40,128 nt of DNA from an uncultured Candidatus Peribacteria bacterium (GTDB lineage: Bacteria; Patescibacteriota; Gracilibacteria; UM-FILTER-43-11). A program made the translations under genes and the position numbers. Position 1 is the first letter of the stretch; each line of letters opens with the position of its first letter. Under the pieces are notes generated by a model. That model was given only the letters and a program-made list of their open reading frames with translations, did no database searches and was not told where the DNA came from. The stretch spans positions 1 to 40,128 of the forward strand of contig CAYUUW010000010.1 in the NCBI GenBank assembly GCA_964448005.1. The letters are read 5' to 3'. Positions 20,330 to 28,902 of this stretch are shown here, piece by piece.

Positions 20330-21265
20330 ATGAAAAAGCATTTCAGCTTCATCCGCCTCAGCTGGCTCTGGTTTTCTCTCTCTGCCGCAGTCATCCTTGT
20401 CGGAGCGGCAAGCATGGTCATCAACCAGGTTCGCCTGGGATCCCCTTTGGCCCTGGGAATCGATTTCGCGGGAGGTTCTTTGATGGAGCTGGATTTTGAG
20501 GCGGAAAGTGTCGATCGCCAGGCTCTGGAAGAAGCGATCCATGCCGCCTATCCGGACAGCGTCAGCCAGATCACCCTCAATGACCAGGGCAGCTATATGG
20601 TCCAAGCCAAGGACATGTCGCAGGAGCAGATGCTTCAGGTCAGCGAGTCCATTCGCCAGAAACTGGGGGATTTCCAGCTCCTGCGCTTCAACACGATCGG
20701 CCCCAAAATCGGAGCGACGCTCAGGCAGAAGGCGATTGTCGCCCTTTCCATTGCTTCAATCGCCATCGTGCTTTACATCGCCTACGCCTTCCGCACCATT
20801 CCCAAGCGAGTGAGTCCGTGGCGCTTCGGCTTCGCCGCCATTGCGGCCCTGCTGCACGATATCCTGATCACCCTGGGGGTCTTCGCCCTCCTTGGCTACG
20901 AGATCGATGCCCTGTTCATCACGGCCCTGCTCACCATCATGGGCTTTTCCGTGCACGACACGATCGTGGTTTTCGACCGCATCCGGGAGAATCTCAAGGG
21001 TCAAACCCGCGATCAGACTTTCTCCGACATCGCCGACATCAGCTTGCGCCAGACCATGGCCCGATCCATCAACACGTCGCTTTCCACCCTGCTGCCTCTT
21101 CTGGCCCTCTATTTCTGGGGCTCAGAATCGATCCATCATTTCGTCTTTGCCCTGATCGTCGGAATCGTGGTGGGAACCTATTCCTCCGTTTTCATCGCCA
21201 GCCCGCTGCTGAGCCTGTGGCAGGGCAGAAAGGAGCTGCGCCAGTCCATCAAGCCTACTGCGTAG
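20330..21265 (+). CDS. secF: Protein translocase subunit SecF (no adjacent secD)
   Basis: LGIDFAGGSLMEL, FNTIGPKIGATLRQKA, LLHDILITLGVFALLGYEID and GFSVHDTIVVFDRIREN. Confidence 0.9.
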   Translation: MKKHFSFIRLSWLWFSLSAAVILVGAASMVINQVRLGSPLALGIDFAGGSLMELDFEAESVDRQALEEAIHAAYPDSVSQITLNDQGSYMVQAKDMSQEQMLQVSESIRQKLGDFQLLRFNTIGPKIGATLRQKAIVALSIASIAIVLYIAYAFRTIPKRVSPWRFGFAAIAALLHDILITLGVFALLGYEIDALFITALLTIMGFSVHDTIVVFDRIRENLKGQTRDQTFSDIADISLRQTMARSINTSLSTLLPLLALYFWGSESIHHFVFALIVGIVVGTYSSVFIASPLLSLWQGRKELRQSIKPTA

Positions 21266-21323
21266 CCCGACCCCGGAATTCCCCTGGGCGGACAGGCAAG
21301 GGAAGGGTATGCTTCTTGCACAT

Positions 21324-21417
21324 GCGCCCATAGCCCCGAAGGGGGGCCTTCGGCCCTTAACGGATAAAGTCCCGGTCTTCGGTCCCGATGTTCATCGGGA
21401 CGATTCCCCTGGGCGGA
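21324..21417 (+). pseudogene. Degenerate tRNA-Arg-like copy carrying two hairpin insertions
   Basis: It shares gcgcccatagc and ttaacggataaagtcccggtcttcgg with the intact gene. A 22-nt insert lies in the D region (21335-21356), and the hairpin tcccgatgttcatcggga replaces the 3' anticodon stem. The acceptor 3' strand is imperfect. Confidence 0.5.
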
Positions 21418-21448
21418 CAGGCAGCCTAAGGGTATTCTTCTGGCACAT

Positions 21449-21523
21449 GCGCCCATAGCTTAACGGATAAAGTCCCGGTCTTCGGAACCGGTTATGGGGG
21501 TTCGATTCCCTCTGGGCGCACCA
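21449..21523 (+). tRNA. tRNA-Arg (anticodon TCG), CCA encoded
   Basis: Hand-folded cloverleaf: acceptor gcgccca/tgggcgc, anticodon stem ccggt/accgg with loop cTTCGga, and T arm ggggg-ttcgatt-ccctc. Confidence 0.9.
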
Positions 21524-21534
21524 TCAAAAACCAC

Positions 21535-21612
21535 GGGCGGGTAGCTCAGTTTGGCTAGAGCGCAGCATTCGCATTGCTGAGGTCGAGGGTTCGAGTCCCT
21601 TCCGGTCCACCA
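21535..21612 (+). tRNA. tRNA-Ala (anticodon CGC), CCA encoded
   Basis: Hand-folded: D arm gctc/gagc, anticodon stem cagca/tgctg with loop ttCGCat, and T arm gaggg-ttcgagt-ccctt. The G3:U70 alanine identity pair is present. There is one G5-G68 acceptor mismatch. Confidence 0.85.
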
Positions 21613-21655
21613 GCCTTCGTTTGCCGTGAATGAAATGAGCGGGAATAAGAAGGCT

Positions 21656-21683
21656 GTCATTCGTAGCTTAAGCGAAGAATGGC
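21656..21683. repeat. Hairpin-family element immediately after tRNA-Ala
   Basis: gtcattcgtagcttaagcgaagaatggc, preceded by aatgagcgggaataa, which also precedes the 14964 copy (aatgagcgggaaaat). Confidence 0.55.
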
Positions 21684-21880
21684 AAACTTCGGCTGGCAAG
21701 CCATTCAAGGAACTCGAATTTTTTTATCCCTTAAATGAGCTACGGATAGTTGGCCATCCATAAATGAGCATGATAACCGTCTGTAGCTCTTGCCGTTGCG
21801 TAGCCGCTATGGCGAAGCACGGTTAGCGAAAAAGCCTAATCGTTTTCATTTTCCAGAAGCTCTGCAAAGTATTTCTTAGG

Positions 21881-21926
21881 AAAAGAAAAAAGCCTTGCGC
21901 GGTCTCATTGACCGCGCAAGGCTTTT
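21881..21926 (-). terminator. Strong bidirectional-type terminator after the GCS2-like gene
   Basis: Perfect 13-bp stem gccttgcgcggtc / gaccgcgcaaggc flanked by an A run and a T run. It lies directly after the stop at 21929. Confidence 0.75.
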
Positions 21927-21928
21927 GG

Positions 21929-22816
21929 CTACGCGCAGACGATGGCCAGCACCTTCTCTAGCTGGCGCTGGAATTGCTCGTCCGCCCTGCGAGCCATGGG
22001 GCGAACTTCGATGCACAGGGCGTTGCCGTAACGCCTGAGCCTAAAGTGCCACCAAATGCTGCGCAGGTAGAGAGGCGCCTGCAGACGGCTCACCGCTTGA
22101 AGCGGCACAAGGCGGGCGCCCTGCACCACATCGTGTCGGGCAAGCGCTTGGCAGTAATCCTCCAGCGATTCAAACGCCAGGGGGCCTCCGTAGCGGTCGG
22201 AAAGATACTGCGCAGAGGAACCTGCGATATATCGTTTCCAAACCGCATCTTGCGGAAAATCCGCCAAGAACGAACCGACGCCTTGCCCGAGCCTGTTCAG
22301 GATCCCCATCGCTTCCTGCGGAGAGACCGAGAGGGTGAACTGAACCGACGAGGTGCGCGCAAGCGGAGCAAGCGCCTCTCGTCCATCCAGCTTCAGCCAG
22401 GTCGCATCCCTCTCGTCCGGAATGACCAGCAGGTCTTCGTCGCCGTGCAGGATTGGCGCAAGGAATGGCTGCGCGCCGACCCTGCGAGCAGACTCGTAGA
22501 GCTGGGCGAGGCATTTCCGCATGACATCGAGCACCCCAGTGGGCGTCGAGGCTGCCGTGGCGACCTCCATGTTGTGGCGGCCAAGCTCGTAGAAGATCTT
22601 GTTGCCGTCCGGATCCGCAAGGGCTGTTGTCAGATCGCCTTTGCGGCCATTCACGGTCCAGCCGTTTTCGGCCAGGTGGCCCAGCATTTTTTGAGACGTT
22701 TGGGTCTGGACGGCTTGGCCGTCCCTATCCACAAACTGGGTTTCCACCTCCGCTCCAATAGTCGCAAGTGTCCGCGATGTGATTCCGTCCGTGAAGTAGC
22801 TGACGAGCCTCTGCAT
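21929..22816 (-). CDS. Glutamate-cysteine ligase family 2 / carboxylate-amine ligase-like protein
   Basis: IGAEVETQFVD, FYELGRHNMEVATA, SSVQFTLSV and ALCIEVRPMARR fit the GCS2 pattern. ATG at 22816 is preceded by the only canonical SD in the window (AAGGAGGG, + strand 22821-22828). Confidence 0.65.
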   Translation of the reverse strand: MQRLVSYFTDGITSRTLATIGAEVETQFVDRDGQAVQTQTSQKMLGHLAENGWTVNGRKGDLTTALADPDGNKIFYELGRHNMEVATAASTPTGVLDVMRKCLAQLYESARRVGAQPFLAPILHGDEDLLVIPDERDATWLKLDGREALAPLARTSSVQFTLSVSPQEAMGILNRLGQGVGSFLADFPQDAVWKRYIAGSSAQYLSDRYGGPLAFESLEDYCQALARHDVVQGARLVPLQAVSRLQAPLYLRSIWWHFRLRRYGNALCIEVRPMARRADEQFQRQLEKVLAIVCA

Positions 22817-22926
22817 GTTTCCCTCCTTTTTCAAGGAACTGTATTCGCCATTCTGTCGTGGGTAGGCAAACGCAACCCTCCTCCAATCATGGAGGGGGCT
22901 GGCTTCATGCGAGACGGAAATTCATA

Positions 22927-23241
22927 TCAAGACAACCCTCTCCGTGATTGGATGGGGCTATGATGATGAAGCCTGCCGATAATCATTCTGTAGCCAGCCC
23001 CTTTGCCGTTCAGCCATTTCGCGACACGGGCAACGGTGGCCGAGCTTAAGCCGGTCTCCTTTTCAATGAGTGAGTATGGTATTTTTTCCGTGAGCATTTC
23101 CGCTGCTTTTAGACGATTCGCCAATTCCATGATTTCCTTCTCTGTCATCAGGTCGCGCAAAAACCGCTCGGCTTCATTCTCCGTTTTAAGCGCCAAGATG
23201 GCCTGGATCAGCCTTTGATTTCCTTTGCCTTTCCAATCCAT
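22927..23241 (-). CDS. TrpR-like YerC/YecD-family DNA-binding protein
   Basis: ENEAERFLRDLMTEKEIMELANRLKAAEML...IEKETGLSSATVARVAKWLNGKGAGY. Confidence 0.75.
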   Translation of the reverse strand: MDWKGKGNQRLIQAILALKTENEAERFLRDLMTEKEIMELANRLKAAEMLTEKIPYSLIEKETGLSSATVARVAKWLNGKGAGYRMIIGRLHHHSPIQSRRGLS

Positions 23242-23319
23242 GCCGTCACTTTATCAAAGTAAAGCGATTTGGTCAAATAAAAAAACTTCTCCATGCCTTG
23301 AAATTTAAGCGCACATCCC

Positions 23320-23745
23320 ATGACTCAGGATTTTTCGGCCCAGCGGGTGAAGGAATATCGCTTCTGGGAAATCTATGTTCATCCGAACCAGGGGTACCTT
23401 GGGCGCTGTGTGGTTTGGTGCAAAAGGCCTGATGCTCTGGATCTGGCCGATGCCCTTCCTGAAGAGCAGTCTGAGCTGTTTTCCGTTTTGCATGAATTGA
23501 GGGCGGCTGCGAAAGGGGCTTTTGGGCCCGATTGGTTCAACTACGCTTTTTTGGGAAACGAAACCCGGCACTTGCATGGCCATTTCATTCCCCGCTATCA
23601 AGCAGAAAGGCATTTCATGGGCTTCTCCTTTAAGGATGAGCGCTTTGGCCTCAATTACCTCACCGACAAGAATTTCATCACTGCCTCCGAGCTGCTTGAG
23701 GCTGTGAAGGGGGTCTATAGGGCTGCCCTGAATCAAGTTGCTTGA
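23320..23745 (+). CDS. HIT (histidine triad) family protein
   Basis: The HxHxHxx motif is present as HLHGHFIPRY; 141 aa. Confidence 0.85.
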   Translation: MTQDFSAQRVKEYRFWEIYVHPNQGYLGRCVVWCKRPDALDLADALPEEQSELFSVLHELRAAAKGAFGPDWFNYAFLGNETRHLHGHFIPRYQAERHFMGFSFKDERFGLNYLTDKNFITASELLEAVKGVYRAALNQVA

Positions 23746-24046
23746 GGGCTTGGCTCCAATCCGGAGCATTCCCTAAGCTGCTTCTGCTAGTTTTTCGAGG
23801 CTTATTTTTGCTTGAACCTTTGCCTTTGCCTCTTTTTCGCCTACACTATTCCCGCCCATGCCAATCCCTCCGAATCCTCCAACTCCATCCGTTTAGCCAG
23901 ACCCGTCGTGCCCCCATGATCCATCGTATCGGACGCTTTTGGGGCGGTGCGAACAGTGCGGTAGGGAGGTGGGGACGCTTGATCCGCCACCTTCTCCTGC
24001 AGAGGAGTCTGGTCCGCCGCTCTCTCCGACCGATGGCTGAACCTTG

Positions 24047-24076
24047 GCTGGGCGCCTTGCGCCCAGCTTCTTTTTT
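24047..24076 (+). terminator. GC-rich hairpin plus T run, 19 nt upstream of the GT4 start
   Basis: gctgggcgc cttg... gcgcccagc followed by ttctttttt. Confidence 0.6.
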
Positions 24077-24094
24077 GCGTGCTACACTGGGCCC

Positions 24095-25231
24095 ATGAAA
24101 ATCGCCATCGACCTTCGTCCGCTCATGGGCGGAAACACCAGCGGAGTGGAGCTTTACCTTCGCCGGATGCTCGAGGTCCTTATGGAACTGGATCCGACGA
24201 ATGAGTACCTGCTGTGGTGGAATGCCTTCGGAAAAATAGAAATCCCTGGCCTGCCTCCACCTTCCGCCCGGGTGCGGCTGCGCCAGACCCGCTGGCCCAA
24301 CCGGCTGCTGAACCTGTGCCTGAGCCTATTGCGCTGGCCCAAGATCGATCGCCTGATCGGCGAAAGGATCGATGCGCTGTGGGTGCCCGATCCTCGTCCC
24401 GCTCCGGTTTCGGCCCATTGCCGCAAGCTCATCACCTTCCACGATCTTTCCTTCCACGACTTTCCTTCCTCCTTCAACTTCAAGACCCGCTTGTGGCACA
24501 AGCTGCTGCGGCCAAAAAAAGAGGCGCGGGAAGCCGATCGGATCATCGCCGTCAGCCGCTTCACCCAAACTCGCCTCACGGAGGCCTATGGCCTGCCTTT
24601 GGGCAAAATCAGCGCCCTTCACGAAGCGTCGCCCATTCTGCAGCGGGATTTGCAGCGGACGGACGATTGGCCGGCGATCCGAGGACGCTACGGCCTGCCC
24701 GATGGCCCTTACTTCCTCTGCCTTTCCACCTTGGAGCCGCGCAAAAACCTGAAAGGCGTGCTGCAGGCCTATGCCCTGTACCGCAGTCAGGGCGGGGGAG
24801 TGCCCCTGGTGATCGCCGGCAAGCTTCGCCCAGACATCTTCGCCCGATTCGATCTGCCGGCCTGCGAAGGGGTGCTTTTCACAGGCTTCGTGGAAGAGGC
24901 GCACAAGCCCGCCCTCTATCGGCACGCCCTGGCTTTTCTTTACCTTTCGCTCTACGAAGGCTTCGGGCTGCCGATTCTGGAAGCCATGCACTGCGGCACC
25001 CCAGTGCTCTGCTCCAATCGGGGGGCGATGGCCGAAGTGGCCGGGCGAGGGGCCTTTTTGGTCGACCCCAAAGACGAGGCGGCACTGGCCCGGGCGATGG
25101 CCAGAATAGAGCGGGATGGGGACCTTCGGCTTCATCTGATCCGCCAGGGGCGGCTTCGGGCGAAGGAATTCTCCTGGAAGGATTGCGGCAGGGGTTTGCT
25201 GGAACTGCTGTCCTCCCAGGCTCGAGGCTGA
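24095..25231 (+). CDS. Family 4 (GT-B) glycosyltransferase
   Basis: MKIAIDLRPL... at the N-terminus. The C-terminal half has LVIAGK, the EX7E-type block YLSLYEGFGLPILEAMHCGTPVL, and so on. Confidence 0.88.
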   Translation: MKIAIDLRPLMGGNTSGVELYLRRMLEVLMELDPTNEYLLWWNAFGKIEIPGLPPPSARVRLRQTRWPNRLLNLCLSLLRWPKIDRLIGERIDALWVPDPRPAPVSAHCRKLITFHDLSFHDFPSSFNFKTRLWHKLLRPKKEAREADRIIAVSRFTQTRLTEAYGLPLGKISALHEASPILQRDLQRTDDWPAIRGRYGLPDGPYFLCLSTLEPRKNLKGVLQAYALYRSQGGGVPLVIAGKLRPDIFARFDLPACEGVLFTGFVEEAHKPALYRHALAFLYLSLYEGFGLPILEAMHCGTPVLCSNRGAMAEVAGRGAFLVDPKDEAALARAMARIERDGDLRLHLIRQGRLRAKEFSWKDCGRGLLELLSSQARG

Positions 25232-25275
25232 TACTATGGTTTCGCCCCCCAATTTATTTCCCTTTTTTCTGCCTT

Positions 25276-25923
25276 ATGGAAAAACGCATTCTTTTGGGGG
25301 CCTTGGGAGGCTTGGCTGTGCTAGGCCTGCTTTACGGGTTGGGATTCAAGGCCTATGAGGCGACCCTGGAAAAGCCCGAATACTCCGTGGTCAAAAAAAC
25401 CAAAGCCTACCAGGTTCGCCGCTATGCTCCTATGCTGGTGGCGGAAGTGGAGGTGGATCAGGCTGGGGACGAGGGATTGAGACAGGGGTTCATGCTTTTG
25501 GCCGAATACATTTTTGGCGGCAACCAGGCGGCCTCTGGACCTCAAAAAATCGCGATGACGGCTCCGGTGATGGACAGTCGGCCTTCCCAGAAGATCGCGA
25601 TGACGGCTCCGGTGATGGATCAGCCCAGCCCGAGTGGCAGGACCGTTTCTTTCATGATGCCTTCGCAGTGGACCGAATCTACTTTGCCCACGCCGAACAA
25701 TCCCTCCATCCGCTTTCGCCAATGGCCGAAAAGGGACTTGGCTGCCTTCCGCTTTGCGGGCCGCTGGAGCCAGGCTGAGCTGGACCAGAAATCCAAGGAA
25801 TTCAGCCGCATTCTGGAGGAAGAGGGGGTAGCCTTCTCGGGCCCTACTTTCGCCTTTTACGATCCTCCCGCCTCCCTTCCTTTTTTCCGCCGGAATGAGA
25901 TCCTTTTCGAGCTTCTTCCCTGA
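25276..25923 (+). CDS. SOUL heme-binding family protein with an N-terminal anchor
   Basis: EKPEYSVVKKTKAYQVRRY, two KIAMTAPVMD motifs, and FAFYDPP...RRNEILFEL. It is the last 215 codons of the 24214..25923 track ORF. Confidence 0.85.
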   Translation: MEKRILLGALGGLAVLGLLYGLGFKAYEATLEKPEYSVVKKTKAYQVRRYAPMLVAEVEVDQAGDEGLRQGFMLLAEYIFGGNQAASGPQKIAMTAPVMDSRPSQKIAMTAPVMDQPSPSGRTVSFMMPSQWTESTLPTPNNPSIRFRQWPKRDLAAFRFAGRWSQAELDQKSKEFSRILEEEGVAFSGPTFAFYDPPASLPFFRRNEILFELLP

Positions 25924-25953
25924 GGGGGGGTGGCTTGGCTATTCGGCCCTCCG

Positions 25954-27210
25954 TCATTTGTTTTTTTGCGTGTAATCCTCCACGAAGATCGAGACGATGT
26001 TGGCTACGGGAACGGAAATGATCATTCCCACCAGGCCCATGCCCGTCCCGCCGAAGTGATTCCCAAGACTGGCTCCTGCCAGGAGCGAGAACATCACCAC
26101 CACAGGATTCATCCCCACGGATCTTCCCATCACCAAGGGCACCAGAATGTTGCTCTCCACGAATTGGATGAAGGCGTAGCCGATGGCCACCCACAGCAGC
26201 ATGATGGGGGACTGGTTCACGGCGATCAGGGAGGCTGAGATCAAAGTGACCAATGGCCCCAAATAGGGAATGAACTCCGCCAGGGCCGCGATCATGGCCA
26301 GGGTCAGAGCGTACTTCACTCCGATCAGGCCGAACACCGTGAAGGTCAAAAGGCCCATCAGAAAAGCCAGAATCAGCTGGCCTTGAATCCATTCGCCCAT
26401 GCGGTAGCTCACCTCCTTGCTTTTGGCGCTGATGTAGCCGGAGTATTTTTTGGGAAACAGCGAATGGAAGAAGGAGCTGGAGGAATGGGAGCTGATGGTC
26501 ATGAAGAAGGTGACGATGATGACCAGGATCACGTTCATGACCCCGCTGAAGACCGTCTTGACTGCTCCGAAGGCGTTGCCAGCGAAGCTGGTGAACTGCG
26601 TGCCTACCGTTTGGAGCGTGTTGGTGAGGGTTCCGATCAGCTGCTCCTGATCCACGTTCTCCCAAAGCCGGCTCAGCACAGGGCGGATCTTTTCGGCCAG
26701 CCAGGAATTTCCGGTGCTTCCGTTCGCCACATTCACGATCATGTCTTTGATGGAGCCGCCCAAGGACTTGATTTGCTCCCCCACAATCGGAACCAGAAGG
26801 CTGAACAGCAGGGTGAGGACCCCGATGACCAAAAGGTACATGATCAGCACTCCCGCTGCGCGCGGAATTTTCCGCTTCTCCAGCCAATCCACCGAGGGCT
26901 GCAGGGCGGAAGAGAAGAACAGGGCCACCAGGAAAAGGATGATGGGCTTTTTGATGATGTCCAGCCCTTGGGCCAGCCCCAAGGTCAGCAGCACCCCCAA
27001 GGTGGCCTTGATGGCGGAGCTGAAGGACAGGCTGATGCTGATGTCTTTTTCTGAGCCGTTTTTCCCCGAAGGCTCTTCCTGCCGGTCCGTCGGCATCGGC
27101 TGCTCCTCCCCTGCTTTCAGGGCGTAGATCTTCTCCTTGATCTCCTCCAGCTTCCTCTGTGATTCCTGCAGGAGCCGTTGGGAATGCTTCAGGTATTTTC
27201 GGATGGCCAT
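25954..27210 (-). CDS. AI-2E family transporter (PerM/UPF0118-like)
   Basis: Polytopic 418 aa. The C-terminal block IPYLGPLVTLI...QFVESNILVPLVMGRSVGMNPVVVMFSLLAG is typical of the family. Confidence 0.85.
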   Translation of the reverse strand: MAIRKYLKHSQRLLQESQRKLEEIKEKIYALKAGEEQPMPTDRQEEPSGKNGSEKDISISLSFSSAIKATLGVLLTLGLAQGLDIIKKPIILFLVALFFSSALQPSVDWLEKRKIPRAAGVLIMYLLVIGVLTLLFSLLVPIVGEQIKSLGGSIKDMIVNVANGSTGNSWLAEKIRPVLSRLWENVDQEQLIGTLTNTLQTVGTQFTSFAGNAFGAVKTVFSGVMNVILVIIVTFFMTISSHSSSSFFHSLFPKKYSGYISAKSKEVSYRMGEWIQGQLILAFLMGLLTFTVFGLIGVKYALTLAMIAALAEFIPYLGPLVTLISASLIAVNQSPIMLLWVAIGYAFIQFVESNILVPLVMGRSVGMNPVVVMFSLLAGASLGNHFGGTGMGLVGMIISVPVANIVSIFVEDYTQKNK

Positions 27211-27256
27211 AGTTCTTTAATTAATTACGAGTTAAGAGTTGATAATTAAGAGTTGC

Positions 27257-27313
27257 AGCTTAGGAGCTTACAGAGCTTATTAAGCTTCTAAGCTATGTAA
27301 GCTTTATAAGCTA
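27257..27313. repeat. AAGCT-word leader element, copy 2
   Basis: agcttaggagcttacagagcttattaagcttctaagctatgtaagctttataagcta. It is in the same orientation relative to its downstream minus-strand gene as copy 1. Confidence 0.6.
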
Positions 27314-27318
27314 GGTTT

Positions 27319-27759
27319 TTATTCGGTGACAAAGCGCAGAACAGTATCCACCAGGATCCAGGCCATTAGGCTTACCGCCAGCCCTGCCAGGGCGTAGGTG
27401 ATGGTCTTTTTGGCGGCCTCTTTTTCATCGGGGCCGAAAAGCGCGTACTTGTACCCCCCCACCATCACGAAGATCACCGAGAGGCTTCCGGCCACGGCGA
27501 TGAGGGTTTGCGAAAAGAACTTGATGAAGCAGGGGATCTGCCGGAGCGAGATGTCTCCAGTTCGGATCAGATTCGCCAGGCCGATGCAGGCGTCGCCGTA
27601 GCCCCCCAGGTTCTGGTTGTTGCTGGGCAGCAGGCTGGGCGGATTGAAGTTGCTTTGCGCATGGCTCAGGGGCAGGCTCAGAAAAAAGCCAAAAAGGGCC
27701 ATGCCCAGCCGCATTCCGCTCCGCCTCAGGATGTTGCTGGGGGCCTTGGCCATCTTCAT
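27319..27759 (-). CDS. TrbC/VirB2-like type IV secretion pilin-family small membrane protein
   Basis: A signal peptide is followed by IPCFIKFFSQTLIAVAGSLSVIFVMVGGYKY...AAKKTITYALAGLAVSLMAWILV. This is two TM helices with a K-rich loop, as in the T4SS_pilin family common in CPR genomes. Confidence 0.6.
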   Translation of the reverse strand: MKMAKAPSNILRRSGMRLGMALFGFFLSLPLSHAQSNFNPPSLLPSNNQNLGGYGDACIGLANLIRTGDISLRQIPCFIKFFSQTLIAVAGSLSVIFVMVGGYKYALFGPDEKEAAKKTITYALAGLAVSLMAWILVDTVLRFVTE

Positions 27760-27932
27760 CTTTATCTTGCCTTCATCCTAGCAAAAGCTTGCCTCCAGGG
27801 CAATCGGGAAAAGCCGGGGTCTTGAATAATAAATTGAAACATTGAAATTAATTGGTCAATTCTTTTTGCTCCTTTTCCTTGCTACACTTCCTATCTTGGC
27901 AGCGAATCTTATTTCTAGCCTCTCCTCTTTCC

Positions 27933-28721
27933 ATGAAAGGAATCATTCTGGCAGGCGGCAGCGGAACCCGTCTTCACCCGCTCACCAAAATCACCAGCAA
28001 GCAGCTTCTGCCTGTCTACAACAAGCCGATGATCTATTATCCCCTGAACACCCTGCTCCGCGCGGGGATACGGGATATCCTGATCATTGTGGCCCCCGAG
28101 CGCTCGGGGGACTTCCTCAATCTTTTGGGCAGCGGAAAGGAGTTCGGCGCGCGCTTCGCCTACGAGGTGCAGGACCAGCCCCGGGGAATCGCCCAGGCCT
28201 TTGTGATCGGCAGGGATTTCATCCAGGATGAGGCTTGCGCGCTGATCCTGGGGGACAACATCTACGCCGACGATTTTTCCGAAGCGATCCGCACGCACCG
28301 GCAAGGGGCGAAGATCTTCGTGAAGAAGGTCCATGATCCGGAGCGCTTCGGCGTGGTGGAGATGGGCGAGAACCATCGGGTGCTCAGCATTGAGGAGAAG
28401 CCACAGCGGCCCAAAGCCAACTTTGCCCAGACAGGCCTTTACCTGTACGACCACACGGTGGCCGACTACGCCGCCCAGCTTCGGCCTTCCGGCCGGCTGG
28501 AGTACGAGATCACCGATCTGAACAACATTTACCTGCAGCAGGGCAAGCTGACGGCGGACATTGTGGAGGGGGAGTGGATCGATGCGGGGACCTTCGAGAG
28601 CCTGCATCGGGCGTCGGTGCTCGCCCGCGAGAAGGAACTGGGCCTTGGCCTGCCCGAAGGCTCCAGCAGCCTCAAGGTCACTATTCAGGCGCCTCAGGCC
28701 GCTTTTCAGCCTCAGGGGTAG
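27933..28721 (+). CDS. rfbA: Glucose-1-phosphate thymidylyltransferase (RmlA/RfbA-like)
   Basis: MKGIILAGGSGTRLHPLTKITSKQLLPVYNKPMIYYPLNTLLRAGIRDILII, FGVVE and EEKP. Confidence 0.88.
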   Translation: MKGIILAGGSGTRLHPLTKITSKQLLPVYNKPMIYYPLNTLLRAGIRDILIIVAPERSGDFLNLLGSGKEFGARFAYEVQDQPRGIAQAFVIGRDFIQDEACALILGDNIYADDFSEAIRTHRQGAKIFVKKVHDPERFGVVEMGENHRVLSIEEKPQRPKANFAQTGLYLYDHTVADYAAQLRPSGRLEYEITDLNNIYLQQGKLTADIVEGEWIDAGTFESLHRASVLAREKELGLGLPEGSSSLKVTIQAPQAAFQPQG

Positions 28722-28902
28722 GGCGCTCCGTCCCTCCGCAGCTAAAAGCCTGATCGAAGCGAGGAAGAGGTGTTTTTTTGTTGACCCCGTATTATTTTTA
28801 TTTTACAATAATTACAGATTATTACTAGATCATCCATCGGACAGCGATGGTGCCCAGGCACGATTTAAGCCCTCCGCTTTTATCCGCCTAAACACCTCTA
28901 GC

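Noticed and set aside
21324-21417. Functional intron-containing or otherwise unusual tRNA
   Set aside because: The 3' strand of the anticodon stem is missing, the T loop is degenerate (acgatt), and acceptor pair 1-72 is G-G. It fits a decayed duplicate better.
23917-24098. 60-aa Arg-rich ORF ending in an ATGA overlap with the GT4 start
   Set aside because: The composition is very basic and low in complexity, and the ORF runs straight through a strong terminator hairpin. It is kept only as an alternative explanation in the leader finding.
25544-25620. Tandem 45-nt duplication (KIAMTAPVMD twice) in the SOUL gene as a recent duplication or slippage event
   Set aside because: To my knowledge two IAMTAPV-type motifs are a normal feature of bacterial and plant SOUL proteins, so this is probably ancestral domain structure.
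24214-25923. 569-aa + ORF spanning the GT4 gene and the SOUL gene
   Set aside because: The first ~350 codons are an out-of-frame read over the GT4 gene (Arg/Pro/Ala-rich). Only the part from ATG 25276 matches the SOUL family.
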